A stretch of 64,000 nucleotides of DNA from Octopus bimaculoides. Lineage: Eukaryota. The notes under the pieces were generated by a model, which saw only the letters and a program-made list of their open reading frames with translations, made no database searches and was not told the origin of the DNA. Within the stretch, counting starts at the first letter, position 1. Every line of letters starts with the position of its first letter. Made by a program: the position numbers and the translations under genes. This document shows positions 13,289 to 26,849 of the stretch, piece by piece. The stretch is from positions 102,462,293 to 102,526,292 of the forward strand of contig NC_068981.1 in assembly GCF_001194135.2 (NCBI RefSeq), written 5' to 3'.

Positions 13289-13789
13289 ACTGCCGATAGT
13301 TGTTGCTGACAAACAATGGCACTAATTTTATTCAAGGGAAAAGATCCCATTACACTGCACAACGTTTTGTTGACAATCGATAGCAGTAATTGTTTTCACC
13401 TCAATAGACATCAGTGATTGGTTCAAATTACCGAAATACAACTTTTAACATGAAATAACTTTGAATATAAAAAATTTTCTCTGTTCTATAAGACAAAATA
13501 TACAAGTATACAAAGTTTTAAAGTGTTTTGGTAGAAAACACACTAAATAAAACATAAATAAAAAATGGTTCCCGCCAAATCAGAAAGATCTGAAGTTTCA
13601 AGCTTTAATAACTATCAATAAATGTGATAAGATATGAAAATTATGCATCCTTATAAAAGCTTAGTGTGTCTTCTTTTTGTTTCAGACTAAATAAATTCAG
13701 ATTTATAAATTAAATAATGGCTATAAACCAAAATACAATCATAACCCTCCACAAGGGAGGTGAAAGCAATACAGCTATAGCAAAAATGT

Positions 13790-14866
13790 TTAAAATTAAC
13801 TGAACAACAGTTTGGAAAATTGTTAAGAAATTCCAAGAAACTGGTTCCACTACTGATCGACCTGGACATGACAAAAAAAGAAGTGTGCAGACCCCTCAGC
13901 TTATCAAAAGTGTCAGAGAAAAGATATGGTGAAATCCTTGTCATTCCATCAGAAAACTGGCTGCCACAGCAAAAATAAGCTGAACATCAATGTATCGAGT
14001 GCTGAAGGAGGATCCCAAGACCCACCCTACAAGATGTTCCACCGTCATGAGTTCATGCAAGTTTATAAGACCATGAGACTGGAGAGAAGTTGTTTTATCT
14101 TGTGTAAGATTGCTGAAGGCATGCTGCCCAACTTGGTGTTCACTGATGAAAAAAATTTGACATCAAACAGACAGTAAACCACCAGAATAACCAACTTTGG
14201 AGTGTATCTGGCTCTGTTGAGGGTAGACACATGAATCGATGTTAAAATCCACAGCCAATTATGGTTTGTGCAGTGTGACAGCTACTGGAACGTCTCCCCT
14301 ATTTTTGTGTCCTTGGATGTTATAATTATTATCCAGCAATAAATTAGTGACCTTCTAGAAGCTGAACAGCTTCCATGGGTGAATGTGCACTTTGGAACAC
14401 CTTAGATCTCCAACAGGACAACAATTTGGTGCACCTTGGAGCCTCCAACAGGACTCAGCACCATTCCACAGCTCCAAATAGACACAACACTGGATTCAGA
14501 AAAACATTTTGTCATTCATAGGCAAGGATGTATTCCCCTCAAGAAGCCCTGATCTTGGATTTTTCTGTATGGTTCATTTTGGAGATGATGGTCTTGAGCA
14601 CTCTTCATTCTTCTCTTGTTACTCTGAAGGCAAAACTGTGCCAAGAATGTGGTTTGATTCCACAAGAACAGCTGCATGCCATGTGTGAAGCATTCACACT
14701 TAGACTTAAGGCTGTGATTTGAAACAGAGATGGTCATATAGAATAAATGTGGTAGTGTCATAATTGTGTTTCCTTTATCATTGCTTTGCAAAGACCCAAA
14801 ATATAACAATATTTTGCTTTGGCAAAATTGAAAAAAGTTGGTTGCCTTAATTTTGGGACACCCTGT
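13790..14866 (+). pseudogene. Tc1/mariner (maT/DD37D-like) transposase relic with right TIR
   Basis: NLVFTDEK motif; ..LDFSVWFILE..V....HSSL.TLKAKL....IP.E.L.A.C..F..RLKAVI C-terminus; ends with TTAATTTTGGGACACCCTGT. Confidence 0.8.
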
Positions 14867-15937
14867 GCACACACACACACACACACACACATGCAATGAA
14901 TAAGAATATAATCAGAAATTCTTCAATTTTCTCAAGTTTTCATCAGAGCTTATTCAATTTATTACAGAAACCTTCAAAANNNNNNNNNNAAAAAAAAAAA
15001 CTACATGGCAGCCATATAGAAATATAAAAATGTCATGACCAATCTGCTTTTTTATTATTATTTTTTCATATTGCATATAAAGATAGTCGTTTTTCAAATA
15101 AATTCTTGTTTTGCATTATGTAACGCAGAATATTAGAAGGATCTATGTATCTGCATTTTCAGTTAGTGAGGGATGGTAATACATGTTTATCAAATGTAAC
15201 GGTTAGAGTCATGAAGAATAAACTTTCATGTTTTTATCTGAATTTATTAATTTATTAACTCACAATAAACTTCAAATGAATAATTACATTAGTCACCTGA
15301 AATATTTTCATTAGCATGCAGGCTTGTTCATTGCTGACGTTCATAGGTGATTTAAAAAAATTTTTGTTTCATTGCATAACATATATTATTCATACCATAT
15401 TATAATTAGGTGTAATGCATGCTGTGTGTTGTTTTATGAAATTTTCAATGACTTGCACATTTATCCTATAAACCAAGGTGGATTTGGTTCATGTAATACA
15501 TTTTACATGTTAGTTGTTTTTTGTATATTTTTACTGTATATTGTTTCTGTTATGTTATATTGATGAAGTTGTTCCAGTTTTGTTCTAAGACTTAGCATGG
15601 TATTTTGATATCATTTATTAACTAGCATGTGTTTTATCCAGCAGAGTTTTCATTGAAATGCTGTTTTTGATAGGAAGGATCTAAAACCTTTTCTGCAAAT
15701 GGTATTTCATAATCGATATTATTGTTGCTATTTACTCCCGGTAATGTAATGAACAATAAGACCTTTTGATCAAAGGTATTCCAGTCATGACTATAAAATC
15801 CCACATGCCATCCAAGTCACATTTTCCAAAGTGCTTTTTCTAAGACAGCAAGGTGTAATGTGAGGAAGATTTGGTTGATTTTTCTAGCAGGCTAAAGGAC
15901 CATATAAAAGTACTCTCTTTGCTTCATATAACTGATG

Positions 15938-16140
15938 TTACTCTTTTACTTGTTTCAGTCATTTGACTGCGGCCATGCTGGAGCACCGCCTTTAGTCGAG
16001 CAAATCGAGCCTAGTACTTATTCTATCGGTCTCTTTTGGCGAACCGCTAAGTTACGGGGACGTAAACACACCAGCATCGGTTGTCAAGCGATGCTGGGGG
16101 GACAAACACAGACACACAAACACACACACACACACATATA

Positions 16141-16180
<40 letters not shown>

Positions 16181-16320
16181 TACGACGGGCTTCTTTCAGT
16201 TTCCGTCTATCAAATCCACTCACAAGGCTTTGGTCGGCCCGAGGCTATAGTAGAGGACACTTGCCCAAGGTACCATACAGTGGGACTGAACCCAGAACCA
16301 TGTGGTTGGTAAGCAAATCT
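15938..16320 (-). mobile_element. SINE family B, full length (tRNA head, internal CA/TA microsatellite, GACTGAAACAAGTAAAAGAG tail)
   Basis: Multiple homologous copies in the window. Confidence 0.85.
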
Positions 16321-16980
16321 TTTACTTGTTTCAGTCATTAGACTGTGGCTATGCTGAGGCACCACCTTGAAACATTTTTAGCTGAATGAATTGACCTCCA
16401 GGACATATTTTTTCAAAAGCCTGGTATTTATTCTATTGATCTCTTTTATTGAACCACTAAGTTACGGGGACATAAACACACCAACACTGAGTGTCTTGTA
16501 CTGGTGGGGGACAAACACAGACACAAAGACACACATGCATAAATACTTACACACACACACACAAATACATATGACAGGCATCTTACTGTTTCTTATTTCT
16601 TTATTGCCCACAAGGGGCTAAACATAGAGGAGACAGACAAGGACAGACAAAGGGAAGGGATTAAGTCGATTACATCGACCCTAGTGCGTAACTGGTACTT
16701 TATTTATCGACCCTGAAAGGATGAAAGGCAAAGTCGACCTCGGCGGAATTTGAACTCAGAACGTAACAGCAGACGAAATACCGCTAAGCATTTCACCCGG
16801 CGTGCTAACGTTTCTGCCAGCTCGCCGCCTTTCAGTTTCTGTCTAACAAATTCACTCACAGGGCTTTGTCGGCCCAAGACTATAGTAAAAGATACTTGCC
16901 CAAGGTGCCATGCTGTAGGACTGAATCCAGAACCATGTGGTTGGGAAACAGGCTTCTTACCACACAGCCACACCTGCATG
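16320..16980 (-). mobile_element. SINE family B interrupted by SINE family A (16589-16831)
   Basis: B 3' half at 16320-16580 and B 5' half at 16832-16980 flank a near-consensus A copy. Confidence 0.8.
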
Positions 16981-17982
16981 TATAATATTAACTGAATATT
17001 AACTGTCTCTGTGCATGTATAAGCATTTTATTGATATTTTTGATCTTTGCTATTATAATGTTCTTTCTTTTCCTGTATTTATTATCTAAATATGAGATTG
17101 ATTTCTCATCTGAAGTTTTACCAATGCTAGGCTAAGATGGATATTGAAGTATGGAATAGCATTATAGTCAAAACCATTTTGTGGTTTGTAATTTGTTTCT
17201 TGTGTTGCTTGTGGTTAAGAAGTTCACTTCTCAAACATAGAGTTCTGTCTTGATCCCTGGAAATGAATTGCAATTGTCCCCAGTTATAGTTGCCTGCTAG
17301 TGCTTCTTCCTTTCTGCTTTCAATATGTTGCTTCATATGCACTATTTGAGAACTACCAATCCTTTACCAGGACAAGTTTCATATGTCCTCTTTTTGACAT
17401 TACAATAGCAATGTAGAAAATCGATATTGTAGGACTTCTAACCCAGAGCCTATCATCCTCTTCCTTTCTTTGCCAGGCTTCAGACCAGCTATGGCAGAGT
17501 TACACATGCACATGCACATGCACATATATACATTATAAGTGATCACAATATTTGGGACTATAAGAATCTGCAAGACCTTCTTAAGATTCAAAAGATGATG
17601 AACAAGACAAGATGCTTTCCTTCCCATCCTTGCAGTCATGCAGTTGGCTGTTCAAAATTTATTCTAAATTAAAAAGAGAGAGAAAGAGAACACATGAACA
17701 TACAAACATACATTCACTGGAACAGTAAAAATCTGTGAGTCTTCCCAGAAGTTTATCATTTAAGTATATATGAGCACGTCTAGATATGCAAATATATGCA
17801 TGAGAAGACATGCACAAAACAAAATATACAAACAGCACACATACATACAAAATGCCCTGTTGATGTTGAAATTCCACTGAAGGAACCTTGGATCTAGGTT
17901 AGAAACTGGCTCTTTCTGCATTGGTGGGAAATCTTGAAATAAAACTGAATTATGACATACATACATACATACATACATACAT

Positions 17983-18025
<43 letters not shown>

Positions 18026-19115
18026 TACATACACACACCCATACACAACACACACAAAATCAAATGTTTTGTTACCTTGTTTGTGTGACACATTTTGGAC
18101 TGTAAGTATGTGCTCTATATTGGAAAATATAGTCTTTGAGACAGGATGGTCATAACTAAAACACCTTCATCATGTAAGTCTGTTCAGTCAATGCCAACTT
18201 GGTGTAGGGTCTAAGCAACAACTGCAATGACAATAACATCAAGAGCAGCAACAACTACAGGTCTAATATTCTACTGTCTTTTTTTCCAATCACTACAGTT
18301 CCATCATTAATGAAAATATCGATTTGTTAAATTTACACTAGAAATGGGTAATTGGCACATAAAATTACACAAGAGAGGGTGATGAATATAGCTGATTAAA
18401 TCGATCTCTCTGGATGATTGGTATTTAATTTATTGACATTTGGAAGGTTGAAAGACTGGAAAGTCAACCCTAGCAGACTTAGAACTTTTAGAATGGCAGA
18501 AGGACTTCTTCAACAAAAAAAAAAAAATTAAATTTTAAAATAATTGTCAACTGCTACTGCACTCCAAGACATTTTTTTTTTTTGCATTGATGAGAAAATA
18601 TTAGAATGAAATTTTTTTGTTTAAGTACCTCATTGATGTTGCGTGCTATTCTACACACAAAAACTAATTAACAATAGAACTAGTTGCAGGGAGATTTGCA
18701 TTCTAACAATATAATCATATATGGAAAAGAAAAAAAAACAATTAAAAAAATGAAAATAATAAAAAATGGAAAGGTATTTTTATGTTTTTATTTTGCTATT
18801 TGATTAAAATTCTAAAACTTCTAATGAATACGTTCTTTAGGAATTCTTAGAATTCTGAAANNNNNNNNNNNNNNNNNNNNNNNNNNNNNNNNNNNNNNNN
18901 NNNNNNNNNNNNNNNNNNNNNNNNNNNNNNNNNNNNNNNNNNNNNNNNNNNNNNNNNNNNNATGAAGAATTGCATTTTTTTGTTTTAAACTTACATTTGG
19001 TCATTTTTTCTTGTTAATAATTATTTGGATAGCCATAATGATGTTATTAAATTTTTTCCAATTATAATTTGCTTTATTTTGTTATATTTTATTATTATTA
19101 TCATTTTTATTATCA

Positions 19116-19150
<35 letters not shown>

Positions 19151-19161
19151 GTTGTTGTTGC

Positions 19162-19210
<49 letters not shown>

Positions 19211-19611
19211 TTCTTTTTTTTATGTCATTTCCAGTCTTGCAAATCAAAATATCTTGCATTATTCATCTCACAGCAAGTTGCTATTGCTGTTTAGCCCAAG
19301 GTCAGCCCTGGTTGAGCAAACCTATAACCAAAGGCATTCTAACCATGGACATTCCATTTTTTATAGAGTTGTGTAGCATTTCAATAACCATAGTGCAATT
19401 AAGACAATAGTGTGTAGTTTGAAGGAGAATTGGCTGCTATTTTGAGCAGGTCAAACAGTTATGTCAAGGCTCTGTCATTTGTGTATCTGACATAGTTGAT
19501 ATTGATTTGTTAGGAGGTCAGCCCCACTGGTAGAAAGATAGTTATTAGTAATACAAATGCTTTCTTTCTGCTACCATCCACACCATTATGTTGGTATTGA
19601 TTGAATCATGT

Positions 19612-19858
19612 GGAGGTATGGGGCCTAGTGGTTAGAGTGCTGAACTCATGATTGTAAGATTGTGGTTTCAATTATTGGACCAGACAATGTATTGTGTTCT
19701 TGAGCAAGACATTTCATTTCATGTTGCTCCAATCCACTCAGCTGGCAAAAATGAGTAACCCTGTGATGGACCAGCACCTTGTCTAGGTGGGGAATTTGCA
19801 TGCCATGGAAACTTGGAAACTGGCCCTTAGGAGTCCATAAGTCTCAAGAAGGATGCTT
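19612..19858 (+). mobile_element. SINE family C
   Basis: Similarity to 6284-6581. Confidence 0.75.
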
Positions 19859-19869
19859 GACAACCAGTA

Positions 19870-20047
19870 ATGACTTTTGTATACATCATTGTAACTTAGC
19901 AGTTCAGCAAAAGAGCCTGATAGAATAAATACCAGGCTTAAAAGTAAGTACTAGGGTTAATTCGTTTGACTAAAAATTCTTTAAAGCAGTGCTCCAGCAT
20001 GGCCACAGTCTAATGACTGAAACAAGTAAAAGATAAAAGATAAAAGA
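19870..20047 (+). mobile_element. SINE family B, 3' half
   Basis: GTAACTTAGCAGTTCAGCAAAAGAG...GCAGTGCTCCAGCATGGCCACAGTC...GAAACAAGTAAAAGA. Confidence 0.8.
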
Positions 20048-20098
20048 TTGATACATACACACACATATATGCACATACACATACTTACATTTACACCT

Positions 20099-20134
<36 letters not shown>

Positions 20135-21428
20135 GAACGTTCATATATATAAGCATGCTTATACACATGCATACATATTACATGTTTGTGCGGCTTAATT
20201 AGAGTTGTTACAGTATAAGATACAGTATTTTGCAATATTTATTCTAGTTACTAATTCTTCTCATGAGACCAAATTTCTCTTTTCTCCTTTTGGCATCCTA
20301 TCCAGGGTTAGGTAAATAATATAACAAAACTGAGCAGCAAATTGCAGTATTCATTGAGTTTTGAAAAGATGTCTCATAAGTTTCAAATTTTGGCACAAGG
20401 ACAGCAATTTTGAGGGTGAGTTAAGTCAATTATATCTGCTACCCCAGCAGAATTTGAACTCAGAATGTATAGATGAGTGAAATGCCACTAAGCATTTTGC
20501 CTTGCATGCTTATAATTCTCCCAGCTCACTACCTTAATAATGCCTTATATTAACTGTTCTGAATTCTTTGGATACAGACCTATTCTGTTTTCCTCTTTAA
20601 CATCACCTGATTTTCGGGTGCTTTTAATAGAGTTCATGTCACTGTCACACAAACATACACTCTTAGAGAGAAAGAGCGAATATTTCATACCATACCTCCA
20701 AAAAGAGAACTGAAAATGTAGAAAATGAAACATTTAACACACAGAATAAATGGAAAGTTTAAAACATTATTTTAATTGTAATGTAAAATGTTACTAGTAA
20801 ATGTAAACTAAAAGAAAACACAGATATATTTTAACTACACCAAATATAAATCTTGTAAACAACAACAATAACAACAGTATATATGTGCATATTGCTTTTG
20901 GTGTAAACACAGAGAGCAAAAACTTCGTTTTGCTAGTATTCTTTAGAAGAAAGCAATTCTCGATATGGAGCATTTTGCTGAAAGATTGAAAGCTTGCCAT
21001 ATTTTGTGTATCAATCAAACTGGCTGTTTTGTATATCACACATCATCCACAGTCAGTTACAGAAAACTGTGATAGGTAAAAATTATCTTATCTCTGTTTT
21101 GCCAAACATGAGGTAGTAAAGGTAGCCCTGGTAAGTATTTCAAGCAAAATACCTTTTGTTGGGCAGGAGAGGGAATATAGCACCATATGTACTTTCTTGT
21201 AGAAACATGGACTAGGATGAAAGTGCTAACATAAGTAGCACATGATACACTTGTTCATAAGCAGGTTTATGTAGTATTTGGGAAGGAGGAACCTCAGTGA
21301 CAATATTGACCTCTGGCTACTAGAAGTCATCATTGTCACTGAGGTGATATGGCACAATATCAGCAGGTGGTCAATGCTGATATAACATTTGAAGGTAGGT
21401 GATTGAGTGTGATCCCCACCATCATCAA

Positions 21429-21433
<5 letters not shown>

Positions 21434-21461
<28 letters not shown>

Positions 21462-21652
21462 AATCACCATCATAATCCTCATTATCATCATCACCATTGT
21501 TTAACATCCATTTTCCATGCTGGCATAGGTTGAAAAGTTTGATAGGAGCTGGCCAGCTGGAGTGCTGTCCAAACTCCAATTGTCTGTTTGGCATGGTTTC
21601 TATGGCTGGATGCCCTTCCTAATGCCAACTACTTCACAAAGTGTACTGGATG
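21434..21652 (-). mobile_element. RTE LINE 3' UTR fragment
   Basis: CATTTTCCATGCTGGCAT...GGATGCCCTTCCTAATGCCAAC with (CAT)n tail. Confidence 0.75.
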
Positions 21653-21669
21653 AGGCATACAAACCATCA

Positions 21670-21960
21670 TGACCTGACAAGATCACAAAACAATACTGGA
21701 ACTGTGTCCAGTTGAGGAAGACCTAAAAACTCAGCATCCAAAATATTCAACCCTGATGTGACATGGTTACATGTGTGACAGCAAAAAGCTTTTTGCACAA
21801 AAAGTTTAAGAGAACAAAAGCAACATCTGCTAAGCATGCAGGTTGTCAATCCTAGGGTGCATCAAGGAATGATGAATGAATCAGCAAATGAAATTGCCTT
21901 ATCATCATTTCCAAGAATTAGTCATGTGACCAAAAAGCCCTTCTTCAAGCCACAACTGTA
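21670..21960 (+). pseudogene. Possible Tc1-like transposase N-terminal relic
   Basis: One frame reads TGTVSS*GRPK......KKPFF, resembling the Tc1 HTH region; several stops. Confidence 0.35.
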
Positions 21961-23469
21961 AAAATCAAGGTGAGTCACCCACAGCAACAACCTTATAACA
22001 ACATCTAATAATAAATGATCAGGAAGTACCCCTCATAGCAGTAGCACCTCATTCACTTATGAGGATAGGGATCAAATGAAAGCTGATGAGGATAAGCAGA
22101 CTTTGTAAAAAAAGAACATAAAAAATATCAAAAAATCTCCATAAAAATGTGAGGTTGGGGTACATCACTTGCAAAGAAGAAACACTGTAGGTTGAAGAAC
22201 TCATATCATACAAAGGAGATCCAATATCCTAAGACATGGAGCCAGTCTTTTCTCTGAACAAAATGAAATTTCCTGCCCATTTTTAAGAAAAACGCATTTG
22301 AGATAGCATTAAATGAAAATAACAATGTATATAATGCTTATAATCTTTATACAAATGTAGAACAGCACTAGCTGTAGTATTTTGTCACTGAGAAATGCCT
22401 CTTAAAAGACCATGTTAAAAACATAGAATTCACTCAGGATGTTAGTAGTAGATCATCAGACACTGATGTTTCAACCTGATTTGGTCTCCTCAGTGACTAA
22501 CACTCCTGGATATTCTGATTTAAATCAAAATGGTTATTTTTTCTGATATAGAAATATAAGTCAGCAAACAAGACACTCATTGATTTGTGTGAAAGCTGGC
22601 AACTAATTGTTACTTCTACATTTATCAACTGTTAACTTCTTAAGACCTTGAACATGTTATATTCCATTGATGAGTATGTATTGTACAAAAAGAAAAATAG
22701 TTCTACACTAGGAATTGCGAAATTTGTGAAGCAAGCTGTAAGCAATACTGTACTTATTTAGAAAGAATGCTGATCAAATTAAGAAACATAACTTGAAGCA
22801 TGTGATTGTGATTACAGTGAAAAATCAGGGTAATTGTGCTACACTGGTAGTGTTTCATCAAATTTAGGGAATATTGACGTTAATATTAATGTAAGACAGA
22901 ACAATGGAACAAATGAAATGTTTATTGGAAGAACTGCATATCCCACTTGTAGCATTAAGCTTTTATGTTTCTAGTAGATATGGAATTAACACTGCTTGTA
23001 ACTAAACTTTTATTATTATTATATGATATATGCAATATTTTACATTATATTGTATAAACTGTTTTATTATCTATTCAGTACTGGTTGTATGAACTATTAA
23101 AAGAAAGAATGTGAAATGTTGATAATAGTAGATATCTACATACATCTATACCTATATAGCCATTAACTAGATGCAACAAGAAATACTGAAACTAGTTTAG
23201 GAACACAGCAATGATGCAGCGATATTGCTAAGTCTGTTAACATTGCTATAAATTATAGTTGTTGCTAAGATGTTTCTTATGTACGGGAATTTGTGAATTG
23301 AATAAACCTTGCCAATCATTTACTTTTATGTATATGTTATTATTTAGATATCTTCTTTGTTTGTTGAATTATTAATTCCATAACATTTACTTTATTGATG
23401 AAAGTCAATGTTGGTTTTAGTAGGATTTAAACTCAGAATGCAGAATGTGATGATATTAAATATTTATTT

Positions 23470-24110
23470 CTATGAGACTGGGCTGAAAAGTTTGTAGGCT
23501 GACTATAAACAGTAATGTTAAAACTGTGAAATCTTGCATGCATTAATTTCATCTGCTCTTATTAATAACTGTATTGTTTCCTTCTGGCTAAATTGACATC
23601 TGACTGTTCAAAGAAGACTTCAGAATTAACTAGTAGTGACTTCTTTTGAAAATCAACAAAATTTAGCATCATGGTGTTATCAAGTACCTGCAGAATGGCA
23701 TTTAGCCTTCAAGGACATTCATGCTGACATGATGCTCTAACTTTAAAGCGGGTAGCTGAATTGAGGAGGGGAAGAGAGAGTCTTGAAGATGACCCAATGT
23801 CTGGATATTCTGCAACTGCCACCACTGAAGAAACCATTGATTGTAATCAACATAATCACCAAAGAAAACATTGATTGTGGTCACATGGGTTAAGGTTAGG
23901 GTTAGGGTAACAAAAGATTGACAAATCAAATAGCCAATGCTATTAGTATATCCTGTGAGTGAGTTGAGAATATTCTGCATAATGATCATGGTATGACAAA
24001 GGTTTCTGCTTGGTGGGTGCAAAATCTTCTAACACCTGATCAAAAGCACATCAGGCTGATCATATCATAGGAAAATCTGACATTGTTTCATGCAACTGGT
24101 TTCCTTGAAT
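23470..24110 (+). pseudogene. mariner relic: 5' TIR-like end and N-terminal DNA-binding region
   Basis: GGGCTGAAAAGTTTGTAGGCTGAC end; reads HGVIKYL..DIHADM..RRGRESLEDDP.SG..ATATTEE and KVSAWWVQNLLTPDQK (WVPxxL-like). Confidence 0.8.
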
Positions 24111-26383
24111 GAAAGCCAGAATGAATGACATATGACATTCACTTACAAGTATTATTTCAACATACAGAATACAATTTGAGGAAAAGTCCTTGGTGTTTCC
24201 TTGTCATGGAGGATTTTTCCATGGTTTCTAACAAGTTTGATTGATGTGGGGCAAGAATCATGAGTCTAATCCCCACAGTACTGGGTCTTTAATCTTGGCA
24301 AACTGTGCTAAGACAATGGAAAGTCTATTTGATTGTAAAGAGGTGCTGGTGTTTCTATGTGTTATGCTCCACATTGATGCCTTCTTCCAATATATAAAGG
24401 ACAATGACATAGCCATCAATTGGATTTGAGTCCTTAAGTAAAATTCGAACTTAAAACACAAAAAGCCAGAACAACTGATCTACTGCCCTGCATTGGTACT
24501 TAATTTTTTGATTCTGAAAAGATTAAAGACATTGTTGGAACTTGGCAGGATTTGAACTCAGAATGCAGAGAGCTGGAACAATTGTTGCAAGGTGTTCTTT
24601 TCAACACTGTAATGACTCTGTCATTGTGTTGTCTTCTAAGTAATAAAAATAGTCATCAAAGAATTCTTTCTCAAATTATTACATGATCCAACCATATAAT
24701 AGTTGAATGATATGGCTTGTATTTTTCTATAGGCATTGACTGGTTTCAGAGAGAGAGGGGGGAGTGAGGGGTGGAGAACAAAGGGAATGGAAGGAAAGGC
24801 TGTTTGAAGGTAAAAGTGAAAACACTGACCATGAAAGAAAAGAACAGGATATTATGATGCTGTTCGGCAGCCATTAAAAAAAATAATGATGGAAAAGTTG
24901 TTTTGCAAGAAGAATTTGTTGTTGTGTTTGTATGTGTGTATGTGTGTAATTAAAGAAATCAATATGCACACATGACAAAAAAAAATTAAATAATAACTCT
25001 TCCTGTTTGGCCAGCGGACAGTTATGCTGTGGAGAGGAATATAAACATATGTGTATATATAAAAACAGGTGTTGTTGTATGGTAAAAAGTTTGCTTTCCA
25101 GTCACATACTTTTGGGTTCAGCCACACTGCATGGCACCTTGGGCAAGTGCCTTCTAATATAGTAGTTGTCCAACCAAACCCTTGTGAGGGGATCTGATAC
25201 ATGGAAACTTAAAGAGGCCAGTTAAATATGTACAGTTAAATATATACATACATACATACATGTACATATATATATATATATATATANNNNNNNNNNNNNN
25301 NNNNNNNNNNNNNNNNNNNNNNNNNNNNNNNNNNNNNNNNNNNNNNNNNNNNNNNNNNNNNNNNNNNNNNNNNNNNNNNNNNNNNNNNNNNNNNNNNNNN
25401 NNNNNNNNNNNNNNNNNNNNNNNNNNNNNNNNNNNNNNNNNNNNNNNNNNNNNNNNNNNNNNNNNNNNNNNNNNNNNNNNNNNNNNNNNNNNNNNNNNNN
25501 NNNNNNNNNNNNNNNNNNNNNNNNNNNNNNNNNNNNNNNNNNNNNNNNNNNNNNNNNNNNNNNNNNNNNNNNNNNNNNNNNNNNNNNNNNNNNNNNNNNN
25601 NNNNNNNNNNNNNNNNNNNNNNNNNNNNNNNNNNNNNNNNNNNNNNNNNNNNNNNNNNNNNNNNNNNNNNNNNNNNNNNNNNNNNNNNNNNNNNNNNNNN
25701 NNNNNNNNNNNNNNNNNNNNNNNNNNNNNNNNNNNNNNNNNNNNNNNNNNNNNNNNNNNNNNNNNNNNNNNNNNNNNNNNNNNNNNNNNNNNNNNNNNNN
25801 NNNNNNNNNNNNNNNNNNNNNNNNNNNNNNNNNNNNNNNNNNNNNNNNNNNNNNNNNNNNNNNNNNNNNNNNNNNNNNNNNNNNNNNNNNNNNNNNNNNN
25901 NNNNNNNNNNNNNNNNNNNNNNNNNNNNNNNNNNNNNNNNNNNNNNNNNNNNNNNNNNNNNNNNNNNNNNNNNNNNNNNNNNNNNNNNNNNNNNNNNNNN
26001 NNNNNNNNNNNNNNNNNNNNNNNNNNNNNNNNNNNNNNNNNNNNNNNNNNNNNNNNNNNNNNNNNNNNNNNNNNNNNNNNNNNNNNNNNNNNNNNNNNNN
26101 NNNNNNNNNNNNNNNNNNNNNNNNNNNNNNNNNNNNNNNNNNNNNNNNNNNNNNNNNNNNNNNNNNNNNNNNNNNNNNNNNNTATATATATATATGTATA
26201 TATATATATATGAATAAACAGACAAACAAAATAAAGGGCACCCAAACATTTACTGAGAGTTACATGTGCTACTTCAAGCTTCTAAGCCCCTAACAGGGGG
26301 TAAGAATTTGAATTTTTACCACCCTGATGAGACTTGAAGTAGCATGAAATTCAATTCCAACTGTTTTGAGTAATATATATATA

Positions 26384-26849
26384 TACATTATTTACATTTG
26401 ATGGATATTTGTTTTCACCTTGTTTGTTGTTAACACGTTTTGGTTGATATACTCTCCAGCTTTCATCAGGTGTCTTGGGGAAATTTTAAACCTGGGTTCT
26501 CATTCCTAAGGTATTTTTCGTTGTTATTATTATTATTATTATTCAGGTCACTGCCTGGAATCGAACTCGGAATCATGGGGTTAGTAGCCCGTGCTCTTAA
26601 CCCCAAGATTCCAGGCAGTGACCTGCATAATAATAATAATAGTAATGATAATATTAATAATGATAATAAGAACATCGAAAAATACCTTAAGAATGAGAAA
26701 GGGTTTGAAATTTCCCCAAGACACCTGATGAAAGCTGGAGAGAATATCAGCTGAAACATTGTGTTAACAACAAACAAGGTGAGAACAAATATCTATCAAA
26801 TGTAAATGATGTAAATAATGTACATAATTCCTCATCTCTTAAATATAAG
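26384..26849. mobile_element. Head-to-head inverted pair of a tRNA-headed SINE with hammerhead-bearing tail
   Basis: ~210 bp arms. The minus copy has B-box GAGTTCGATTCC; the plus copy has a hammerhead motif at 26720-26765. Confidence 0.8.
26720..26765 (+). ncRNA. Type I minimal hammerhead ribozyme motif
   Basis: GACAC-CTGATGA-A-AGCTG(GAGAGAATAT)CAGCT-GAAA-CA-TT-GTGTT. Stem III is ACAT instead of palindromic ACGT. Confidence 0.65.

Noticed and set aside
20545-20733. Minus-strand ORF with upstream TTTTCAG acceptor
   Set aside because: No recognisable domain and no supporting neighbouring exons.
26300-26357. CTGATGA...GAAA with a possible stem III and a 12 bp IR
   Set aside because: Stems I and II cannot be formed in hammerhead register.
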